NCBI GenBank assembly: GCA_043228905.1
Contig: JBHGNT010000017.1
Span: 10,478,001-10,542,000, forward strand
Source: Azolla caroliniana
Lineage: Eukaryota; Plantae; Polypodiophyta
Direction: 5' to 3'
Length of the DNA stretch: 64,000 nucleotides
Under the pieces are notes generated by a model, which saw only the letters and a program-made list of their open reading frames with translations, ran no database searches and was not told the DNA's origin. Positions 1 through 10,075 of this stretch are shown piece by piece. A program made the position numbers and the translations under genes. Positions within the stretch are counted from its first letter, which is position 1, and every line of letters starts with the position of its first letter.

Positions 1-2276
1 AATGCCATGAACAAAGTGTTAAAGGATTGTATTCCTGATATCACAATGCCTTTCTTAGATGACATTCCGATCAAAGGATGCTCCGGTGGAAGAAAAAGAT
101 GAATCAAAATATGAAGATGGTTGTCGAAGATTCATCATCAATCATATAAAGGATGGCGAGAAGGTGTTGCAAAAGCTTGAGGATGCAAATCTCATGTTTT
201 CGGGAGAGAAGTCCGCATTCGGTCAACCAAAAATATTGGTAGTAGGACACTTATGTGGATCTTATGGCCAGAAGCCATCTCCATCCAAGGTGAATGCTAT
301 CCAAGAGATGAAAGAGGAGTGTGAGTTCCAAACAGACGTAAGAACATTCTTGGGATCATGTGCACTCTACCACATATGGATTCCACACTATGGCCATGTC
401 GTTGAACCATTGTATGGACTACTAAAGAAAAGGAAGAAGTTTGAATGGGAAGACGAGCATACCTACGCGGTTTCAAAGTTGAAGAAACTATTATTGGAAG
501 CTCCAGCATTGTGCAAAGTTGACTACACCAAAGGTACCCCGATATACATGACAGTGGATACGAGCCCAACCGGAATTGGATGGGTGATTAACCAAGAAGA
601 CAAAGACAAAAATGGTATGCAATCTGATTCGGTGCAAATGTGTTGACCGGAAGACAAGAAAGTACGCCCAAGTGAAGGGAGAGCTATGGGGCATAGTATC
701 CGCGGTTAAAACCGATCGTGACTACCTTATCTGAACAGAAGTCATAATCAAAACCGATTGTCTGCTTATTCTCGGGATGATATCCGGTTGTGCTACGCAG
801 GATATTGCTATGCTACGATGGATTTCCTATATCAAGTCGCTCTACCCTGAGATTCGACATAGAACTGGAAACATAATGTGGTGGCCAATATGTCGTCAAG
901 GGCAAGGTATGAGGGTGAAGAAGATCCACGTTCCGAGGAAGAGGATGTTGGCCTAAACTTCTTTACGGTTTCTTGTGCTCAGGTGCTAGAGGTGTTTAAA
1001 GTAGAAGATTCTGAGGGTGAATTCATCGAAATTGGCAAGTACTTAAGCTCTCTTACAAAGGATGAATCATGGTCAAAGGAAGACTACTACCGAATTAGGA
1101 AGAAGACCTACAAGTTCTTCCTCAAAGAAGGACATCTATGGAAGTTTCCAAAGAGGAAGAGTGGAACTCCACTTCGAGTGGTATGCAAGAAACAAGATCA
1201 ACAAACACTAATTGTTGAATTTCATGATAGTGTGTGTGTAGGTCATCGAGGTATATGGGCAACTTTTGCAAAGCTCAAGGAGAAGTATTGGTGGCCGGGT
1301 GTTTACAAAGATGTAGCAAGCTATGTTGAAACATGTGCGTGATGCCAATTATACTCGAATGTTCAATATAGGGATGAACTTCATCCAACATATCCATTAT
1401 CAATGCACTATAAGTGGTTGATAGACATAGTGGTTATGCCAATAGGATTGTGGCAAATGATATACCTCGTGCAAACAAGAGAGGATCTCACCAACCAAGT
1501 AGACGGTCGGGCACTAAGGAATAAAACAACTTTGGCGGTTTGCAAGTTTCTCTTTGATACAGATGTTATTTGTCGATACGGATGTGTCAACAAAATAGTA
1601 GCCGATAGAGGAGAATTAGATGCAAATGAAGCTAAAGAGTTTTTCTCAAGGATAGGCGTCAAATTATCACTTACCATGGCCTACAACCCGGAGGCAAATG
1701 GAAAGGTGGAACGGGGACATAGCGCAATTATAAAAGCTCTAGCAAAGGCTTGCGATGGGAATATGGGGGACTGGCCACGATTATCACCATATGCATTATG
1801 GACCGATAGAACTACACATCGCACGACTACTGGATATATGCCGTCCGAGCTCATATTAGGGCAAAAACCAATAATGCCTATCGATCAAAGTGTTACCTCA
1901 TGGACGGTTTTGCCATGGCAACAGGAGATGAGTCGAGAAGACTTGCTAGCTACAAGGATCCAACAACTAGAACGGAGACCCAGAGATGTCAAGTTAGAAA
2001 TAGAACGGTTACATGAGGCTCGATTGAGGAACAAGGAGAATTTTGATAAAAAGCATTGTCATCGTCCTTGTTAATCAACATAGCACTACTCGAAAGTTTG
2101 TGAAACAATGGTTTGGCCCATACATGGTTAAGGAAATAGAAAACAATGTAACCTATTTTATAACGGAGTTAGATGGAACTCGACTTGCTTTGCTGATTGC
2201 AGGGAAGAGAATCAAGATCTTTAAGAGAAGAGAGATCACAAATCCTGAAATTGAACCTCTAGACTTTGAGGTTTAA
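1..2276 (+). pseudogene. Decayed Gypsy pol (RT C-terminus, RNase H, integrase)
   Basis: PFLDD at about 49-63; VDTSPTGIG RNase H; GHRG zinc finger; VADRGE and YNPEANGKVER integrase core; WFGPY; several stops and frameshifts; paralogous to pol of B and D. Confidence 0.9.
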
Positions 2277-3084
2277 AAAGAATAAACAATAGCAGCTAAC
2301 AATCATTGGCACATACCAGAGGAAGTGTAGGTTTGGTGGGGGTGGATGTCGTGATGTTTTCGACACATAATGTTAAAACACCCTCAAAAGAGAATAAAAT
2401 AGTGGTCCAACTAAACTAATTTTCTTAAGTCAACTATAGTAATAAATGAAAGGATAAAAATTTAGAAGAGGTTTTCAGAAGTAGACAAAAATAGAGAAAA
2501 AGATGGGAAAATAAAGCTAGCCGTGGATATGAGGAGCAAGGTCGAGTAAAGAGCTCATAATTTCCTCGTCAAATGTCCAAATTAGAAAAGAAAAGATGCA
2601 TAAGAAAGCTAACATAAAGTGCTTTCCAAGAATATATTGCATGTGAAAATTTAGGCTAGAAAACAGAAATAGTCAGGAAAAGAATAGTTGACTCATATAG
2701 ACAAGCTTTTTTTTAGGGGAAAAAGGCCAGCAATCCAAAACCTATAACTAAGAGCCTATTCTAGTGAAGAAGGGGGGGAGGGAGAAGGAACGTGGAAGCT
2801 CTACTCAATTCGAAAGCGGAAGAAGAAGGATCAACAACATCGAGAAGCATCATAAACAAAGAAACTCCTTCTATACTCCACTCTCTTCTTTCCTCCACCT
2901 CTCTTCCCCCATTCATTTATAAACAATCCTTCATATTTGCATCCAACCCATTGTAACATGATTCTTATATTATAAAAGAATCTATTATATTGATATAAAC
3001 TAATGTTTTCTTTCATCTACTTGTCTTATGTGTAAATCTTGATTGTGCTTATTTGTTATCGTCATTTGTGCCTATTTGTTGTGT

Positions 3085-3720
3085 GTCTTGTGACAAGGGA
3101 GCGTTTGGGGCTTGCCCATTCACCTCTCCTTTCCCAAAGGCATTGAAACCTACATGTCTTATATGTTATCGTCATTTCTACTTATTTGTTTGTGTGTCTT
3201 GTGACAAGGGAGCATTTCGGGCTTGCCCATGCACCTCTCCTTTCACAAAGGCATTCAAACTTACGTGTCTTGCGTGTTAGTGTAAGTCTTGCTTGTGTGT
3301 TCGTGCGACGTGTGGCAAGGGAGCATTCGGGCTTGCCCATGCACCTCTCCTTTCACAAAGGCGTTCGAAATCGTGTCTTGCATGTTAGTGTAAATCTTGC
3401 TTGTGTGTTCATGCAACTTGTGGCAAGGGAGTGTTCGGGCTTGCCCATGCACCTCTGCTTTCACAAAGGCGTTCAAAATCGTGTCTTGTGTGTTAGTGTA
3501 AATCTTACTTGTGTGTTCGTGAGACTTGTGGCAAGGGAGCATTCCTGCTTGCCCATGCACCTCTCTTTTCGCAAACGCATTCAAAACTCTGTTTCTTGTG
3601 TGTGTAAGTAATCCTTTTTCTTATGTGTCCATGTGTAAGCTTTCCTCACGTGCATTCGTTTGCCTTGTGACTAGGGGTTGATTCGGGCTTGCTCATGCAC
3701 CTCTCCTTTTCACAAACACG
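3085..3720 (+). repeat. About 110-bp tandem repeat (about 6 units) inside the Y LTR
   Basis: Recurring TGTGRCAAGGGAGC..GGGCTTGCCCATGCACCTCTCCTTTC at about 3088, 3200, 3311, 3418, 3527 and 3666 (degenerate). Confidence 0.9.
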
Positions 3721-3809
3721 TTTGAATACTCGTGCTTTGTTTGTGCAAGACTTCCTTGTGTTGTGCGTGTGAGCCCTATTTCCTTCCCGTACATAACCCT
3801 AGTGGTTCC

Positions 3810-4460
3810 TGTTGGGATTTCGGTCCCTCCGGATGAGATGTCCGGAGATGAATGACGGCAAGCCCGGTTGCGGTTACGGAGCCGGATGATGAAGACCCCG
3901 GTTACGGAGCCGGATGATGAAGACCCCGGCTACGGAGCCGGATGATGAAGACCCCAGTTACGGAGCCGGATGACGAATGTACCCGGAGAGAGATCCGGAT
4001 GCGGAGACATATTTGTGAATATGTTTGCCAAGAGCCCTTGAGGCTATATTTGTAAATAGCCCGAAAGTCATATGTGTATAAATATGACTTAGGGCAAACA
4101 GTTAAGGTTGTTGTTGCTCATTTTTCTGTTTTCCACTTAGAGGGAGCGAAGTGAGAGCAACCGTGAGAGAGAGAGAGAGAGAGAGAGAGAAACGAAGAGG
4201 TCGACGCCTCTGTGTAATACCGCCGCCTGTGGCGAGGACAGCGAGCCCAAGGTCGTCGCCTTGCAGCTCGCCATTGTATATTCCAGTGTATAGTGATAGT
4301 TGGAGTCGTGCACTCCCGTGGTTTTTCCCGTTTAGGGTTTTCCACGTTATACCCTGTGTATTCGTCTCTCTGTGTCTTTTTCCCATTTTCTGCTGCATTG
4401 ATCCGTGTTGTCTCGGTTGTGGCCGAGAGGCGAAAGATTTGATAGCATCAAATCCTTACA
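3810..4460 (+). repeat. 5' LTR of Copia A1 (29-bp tandem repeat 3871-3975, (AG)n tract)
   Basis: Direct repeat of 8576-9228. Confidence 0.97.
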
Positions 4461-4463
4461 AAG

Positions 4464-4475
4464 TGGTATCAGAGC
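4464..4475 (+). promoter_or_regulatory. Primer binding site, tRNA-iMet
   Basis: TGGTATCAGAGC, 3 nt after the LTR. Confidence 0.95.
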
Positions 4476-4491
4476 GACGGTAACACAGAAA

Positions 4492-7400
4492 ATGGAAGGC
4501 GGCAGCAGCGGGCAGCCGGGGATGATGGTGCTGAATGCGCAGAACTACGCCGACTGGAAGATAAAGATGGAGGATCTGCTCATTGTTCGGGACCTGTATG
4601 AACCGATCGACAGGTCGGAAATACCCAAGGGGGTACTTGAGACGGAGTGGAGGCTTCTGAACCGGAAAGCCGTTGCAACCATTCGGCAATACGTCGACGT
4701 GAGCGTTCTACAACACGTGGCGAACGACACCAACGCATATGAGATGTGGCGGAAGCTGTCGGGCCTCTACGAGAGGAAGAATGCGTTGAACCGGACCTCC
4801 CTGATGAGAAAGATAGTGAACCTCAAGTACCGGGACGGCGAGAGTATGGTGGAACACGTAAGCACGTTCATGGGATTCGTGAACCAGCTTGCGGCGATCA
4901 AGTTCCCGTTGGAGGATGCAATGCAAGCCATCATCCTGATGTGTACATTGCCGGACAGCTGGGAGAACTTGGTGGTGACTCTCAGCACCTCCTGCACCGA
5001 AGATAACTTGTCCCTACAAACGGTAAAGACAAGTATTTTGAACGAAGAAGCGCGTCGGAGAGATAAAGAACCAGTTTCTGATCAGAAGATGCTGCTTACC
5101 GAATCGGATCGGGGAAGACAATGGAACCGGAGTCCGCAAAGACGGGAGAAGTCGGGGACCCGGTCGCAGTCAAGAGGAAGGCCAACATGCTTCCACTGTG
5201 GGAAGCCGGGGCACTTCCGGAAGAATTGTCGGCATTACCGAAAGGACAACGGAGCCGACGACACCGATTCGAAGAAGTCACCGGAGAGAAACGGTGCATA
5301 CCGGGGAGCCACGGACCGGAGAGGTCCGGATCGGCGAGGGCAGGACCGGAAAGGAACGACGGCACTCGCGGCAAGTGAAGAAGAGATAATGCTTATTACC
5401 GAAGAGAGGGAGCTGAACCTTGCCGGTGTAGAGATGACCTGGGTGGTCGATTCCGGAGCGTCGTTCCACCTGACCCCGGAGAAGAAATACTTCTCATCCT
5501 ACACAGCCGGTGAGCACGGCTGTGTCCGGATGGGAAATGAAGGCACATGCCGGATTGCCGGCATAGGAGACGTGTGGCTGTTGACATCAACCGGATGCAA
5601 GATGCTGTTGAAGGATGTGCGACACGTTCCGGAGGTCCGATTGAACCTGATCTCGGCCGGGAGGCTAGATGATGAAGGCTACACGGGTAGCATCCGGAAC
5701 GGTGTCATGAAGTTCAGCAAGGGGAGCCTGATAGTGGCTCGGGCCCGGAAGGTCAACACCCTGTACCTGATGAATTCCCGGCTATGTCCGGAGGAGCTGA
5801 ACGTGGCAGCCGACACTGCCGGTGAGCTGTGGCACAAGAGACTGTGCCACATGAGCGAGAAGGGGATGAAGAGGCTTGCAGAAGACAACCTCATTCCAGT
5901 GAAGCATGTGCATCTGGAGAAGTGCACCGATTGCCTGGCCGGTAAGCAGAACCGAAACTCCTTCCACTCAAGGCCACCGACGAGACGTAGCGCACCATTG
6001 GAGTTGGTGCACACGGATGTGTGTCAGGTAGAAACGAAGTCACATGGCGGAGCCCAGTACTTCGTGACTTTCATTGATGATCACAGCCGGAAGCTGTGGA
6101 CGGCGCCGTTGAAGACAAAGGACCAAGTGTTGTCCGTCTTCAAAGAACTCCACGCGAGAGTGGAAAGGGAATCCGGCAAGAAGCTGAAAGCGATACGAGC
6201 GGATAACGGAGGGGAATACCGGGGGCAGTTTCAGGAGTACTGTCGCTCGAAGGGAATCCGGCTCGAGTTTACTGTGCCGAAGACGCCGGAACTAAACGGG
6301 CTGGCCGAGAGGATGAACCGGACCATAATGGAGAGGGTCTGGAGTATGCTGGCGCATGCGAAATTACCCAAGGGGTTTTGGGCTGAGGCAATGTCGACGG
6401 CGACATACGTGATAAACAGATCACCCTCAGTACCTTTGGACGGAGACACGCCGCAGAAAGTGTGGACCGGTAAGGAAGTGTCCTACCGGCATCTGAAGGT
6501 GTTCGGGTGTCTCGCATACGTGCATGTGGCAAAGGACCGGAGAGGAAAGCTAGATCCAAAGACCCGGCCATGCATATTCCTCGGTTACGGCGACGACGAG
6601 TTCGGCTACCGAGTATGGGACCCGGTCGACAAGAAGATATTCGGGAGTCGAGACATCATCTTCATGGAGGACAAGACACTCGCCGACTGGGAGTCGGAGA
6701 AGAAGATGAAGAGCTCCAAGTCGACCGGTGAGGATCAACTCTACGAGGAGCAGTCCCGACCGGCAAGGGACCGGTTAACACTCGAGGATCCGGCCGAAGA
6801 CTATGAAGAAACAGAACCGGCCGAAGAAGATGAAAATGATACCGGAACCGGCCCCGATCCCGAAATGGATTCGGATGAAGAAGAATCGGAAGAACCGGTT
6901 ACCGAAGCTCCGGAACGGAGATATCCTCTAAGAGAGAGAAGGACCCCCCGGAGATTTCCGGAACCAGAGCACGTGCTGCTAACCGACGAAGGGGAGCCGG
7001 AGAGCTTTGAAGAAGCAAAGCATGACACCCAGAGCCGCAGGTGGTTGAGTGCCATGCAGGACGAGATGGATTCCCTGCATGAGAACCAGACATATGAACT
7101 TGTGGAGTTGCCGAAAGGAAAGCGGGCACTTCGAAACAAGTGGGTGTTCAAGCTGAAACCGGGAGATGCCGGAAACCCCCCGAGATACAAAGCCAGGATC
7201 GTGGTGAAGGGGTTTCAGCAGAAGAAGGGCGTCGACTTCGACGAGATATTCGCCCCGGTAGTGAAGATGACCTCCATCCGGACGGTGCTGAGCATAGCGG
7301 CAAGCATGGACCTCGAGGTAGAACAGATGGACGTGAAGACGGCATTCCTTCACGGTGACCTCGAAGAAGAGATCTACATGCAGCAACCGGAAGGATTCGA

Positions 7401-8565
7401 GAAGAAAGGGAAGGAGCACCTGGTATGCCGGTTGAAGAAGAGCCTTTACGGACTGAAGCAGGCTCCCCGGCAATGGTACCGGAAGTTCGACTCCTTCATG
7501 ACCGACGAAGGGTACCACAAAACGCAGTCTGATCACTGCGTGTTTGTGAAGAAGTTCGAAGGAGGAGACTCTCTAATACTCCTCCTGTACATGGACGACA
7601 TGTTGATCGTCGGACGGGACCAGGTCAAGATACGGACGCTGAAGAAAGCGCTTCACCGAACCTTCTCAATGAAGGACCTGGGTCCGGCGAGGCAAATACT
7701 AGGGATGCACATCATCCGGGACCGGTAGAAGAAGCAGTTGTGGCTGTCACAGGAGAAGTACGTGACAAAGGTGCTTCACCGGTTCAACATGTCGGAAGCA
7801 AGACCGGTCGGGTCAACCCTCCTGGGAAACTGCAAGTTGTCCAGCAAGCAAAGCCCCAAGACAAAGGCTGAGAAGGAGGACATGATGAAAGTACCATATG
7901 CCTCTGCCGTCGGAAGCTTAATGTACGCAATGGTGTGTACAAGACCGGACATAGGATATGCAGTTGGAGTGGTGAGCCGGTACATGAGCAATCCCGGCAA
8001 AGAGCACTGGAACGCGGTCAAGTGGATACTCCGATACCTGAAGGGCACGGCAAACGTGTGCCTCTGATTCGGCTCCGGTAAGCCCGAATTCGACGGCTTT
8101 ACCGATTCGGATATGTCGGCTGATGCAGATACCAGCCGGTCCACATCAGGGTATGTGATGACGTATGTAGGTGGAGCTGTTTCGTGGCAGTCGAGGCTGC
8201 AGAAGACGGTTGCGCTGTCAACCACGGAGGCGGAGTACATGGCGGCTGTTGAAGCTGGCAAGGAAATAATATGGATGAAGGACTTCATTAGAGAGCTCGG
8301 TATCCGGCAGGAGGAGTACCGACTCTACTGTGATAGTCTGAGTGCCATCCACCTTGCGAAGAACGCGGCCTACCATTCCCGGACGAAACACATCCAGCGT
8401 AGATACCACTGGATCCGGGAAAGAATAGAAGACAAGGAGTTCGTGCTGACGAAGATCCACACGGACGAGAACGGGTCGGATATGCTGACCAAGGTGCTCA
8501 CACCCGACAAGCTGGAAGCATGCCGGAAGAGGATCGGACTGGAGAGACATCCCATGCCGAAGTGA
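4492..8565 (+). pseudogene. Copia gag-pol polyprotein, one frame with two in-frame stops (7726-7728 TAG, 8065-8067 TGA)
   Basis: CCHC knuckle CFHCGKPGHFRKNC; protease WVVDSGAS; integrase LVHTDV, DNGGEY, NGLAERMN; RT LLYMDD; RNase H FTDSD..STSGY. Confidence 0.95.
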
Positions 8566-8573
8566 AGGGGGAG
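8564..8573 (+). promoter_or_regulatory. Polypurine tract of Copia A1
   Basis: GAAGGGGGAG just before the 3' LTR. Confidence 0.9.
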
Positions 8574-8575
8574 TT

Positions 8576-8929
8576 TGTTGGGATTTCGGTCCCTCCGGAT
8601 GGGATGTCCGGAGATGAATGACGGCAAGCCCGGTTGCGGTTACGGAGCCGGATGATGAAGACCCCGGTTACGGAGCCGGATGATGAAGACCCCGGCTACG
8701 GAGCCGGATGATGAAGACCCCGGTTACGGAGCCGGATGACGAATGTACCCGGAGAGAGATCCGGATGCGGAGACATATTTGTGAATATGTTTGCCAAGAG
8801 CCCTTGAGGCTATATTTGTAAATAGCCCGAAAGTCATATGTGTATAAATATGACTTAGGGCAAACAGTTAAGGTTGTTGTTGCTCATTTTTCTATTTTCC
8901 ACTTAGAGGGAGCGAAGTGAGAGCAGCCG

Positions 8930-8961
<32 letters not shown>

Positions 8962-9228
8962 GAAGAGGTCGACGCCTCTGTGTAATACCGCCGCCTGTGG
9001 CGAGGACAGCGAGCCCAAGGTCGTCGCCTTGCAGCTCGCCATTGTATATTCCAGTGTATAGTGATAGTTGGAGTCGTGCACTCCCGTGGTTTTTCCCGTT
9101 TAGGGTTTTCCACGTTATACCCTGTGTATTCGTCTCTCTGTGTCTTTTTCCCATTTTCTGCTGCATTGATCCGTGTTGTCTCGGTTGTGGCCGAGAGGCG
9201 AAAGATTTGATAGCGTCAAATCCTTACA
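8576..9228 (+). repeat. 3' LTR of Copia A1
   Basis: Direct repeat of 3810-4460, followed by the TSD. Confidence 0.97.
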
Positions 9229-9271
9229 GTTCCGCCTCACGATCTGCACATAGTGACGGATTTTCATGACA

Positions 9272-10075
9272 ACGAACTCGAACAACTTCGGCACATACCA
9301 GAGGATGTGCGGGTTTGGAGGGGGCGAGTGTCGTAGTGTATTTCGTACACTACGTGAAAAACGTATAAAGTACCCGATTTAATAAATATGAAGAAAACAA
9401 AAAAACTATAAGATTTGAACCTGATTACATGTATAGGGCAAGATTCGAACCTTGTACATCATTGTTACTAATTTGAAGGCTTACCATTATACTAACACAT
9501 CATGAGTGTTAGAAAAGAAGATATCCCACATAGAAAGGTTTTTTCACGCATATTTCCTAGGAAAAAGCTTTGGTTAGAAGAAAATCGCATGATAGAAAAA
9601 AGTTATACATGCACATCTAGCGTGCATGAACACTATAGTCGATAAAAAACGCATGAGGTTAGAAAAAGCATGATCGCTTTTAGAAAAGAAAACATGTTAG
9701 AGAAAGCATATAGTCTATAGATAGAGAAAGCATGGGGTCCATAGTTAGAAAAAGGATGAATTGCTAAGCCTCTATCATCACTATATAAGGATGGGGAGCA
9801 CAATGTAATGGGGGAGGGGGGGATTTTGGAAATTGGATATGTTTCTAAAATACCGATTAATAAACTATAGTCGTGGGATTCACGAGGTTTTTATATTCTT
9901 CTCTTTCAATCTAAATTCATATTCTTATCTATATATTGATTAATAAGATTCATTATACTTGTGGGATTCACAAGTTTTCTATCTCTCTTTCTTACAATCT
10001 ATTTGTATCTAGACTCGTCTCAAATTCTTCCTCCTAGTCCAAAACCCCAACAATTCCCACCCGACCCACACAACA
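9272..10075 (+). mobile_element. 3' end of another Phygy-like element Z (hairpin, PPT, LTR 9329 to about 10075)
   Basis: GCACAT-ACCAGAGG-ATGTGC, then GGTTTGGAGGGGGCGAG, then TGTCGTAGTG; TATA near 9782; right boundary approximate. Confidence 0.7.
9433..9498 (-). promoter_or_regulatory. tRNA-like Pol III A-box/B-box module in LTR Z
   Basis: Minus strand: A box TAGTATAATGG (9494-9484), B box GGTTCGAATCT (9451-9441), 43-nt spacing. Confidence 0.65.

Larger units (their letters stand above)
3810..9228 (+). mobile_element. Full-length young Ty1/Copia element A1 (Tnt1/Tork-like)
   Basis: TG..CA LTRs 3810-4460 and 8576-9228 differing by about 5 transitions plus one AG unit; TSD GTTCC at 3805-3809 and 9229-9233; PBS, PPT and Copia domain order. 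Confidence 0.97.
1..9271 (+). mobile_element. Ty3/Gypsy element Y (non-chromovirus, Phygy-like); 5' part lies outside the window; 3' LTR interrupted by a Copia
   Basis: Decayed RT/RNase H/integrase, then hairpin plus G-rich PPT (2309-2346) and an LTR running TGTCGTGATG (2347) to TTCATGACA (9271). Confidence 0.85.
2347..9271 (+). repeat. 3' LTR of element Y (2347-3809 + 9229-9271), split by a Copia
   Basis: TG start after the PPT; CA end; U5 end TAGTGACGGATTTTCATGACA resembles the B LTR end; homologous to 20438-21508. Confidence 0.8.

Noticed and set aside
4405-4491. N-terminal extension of the 1107-aa ORF
   Set aside because: It spans the LTR and PBS; the ATG at 4492 matches the start position in F
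7726-7728. Programmed stop-codon readthrough in Copia A1
   Set aside because: The stop lies mid-RT and paralog F has a sense codon there
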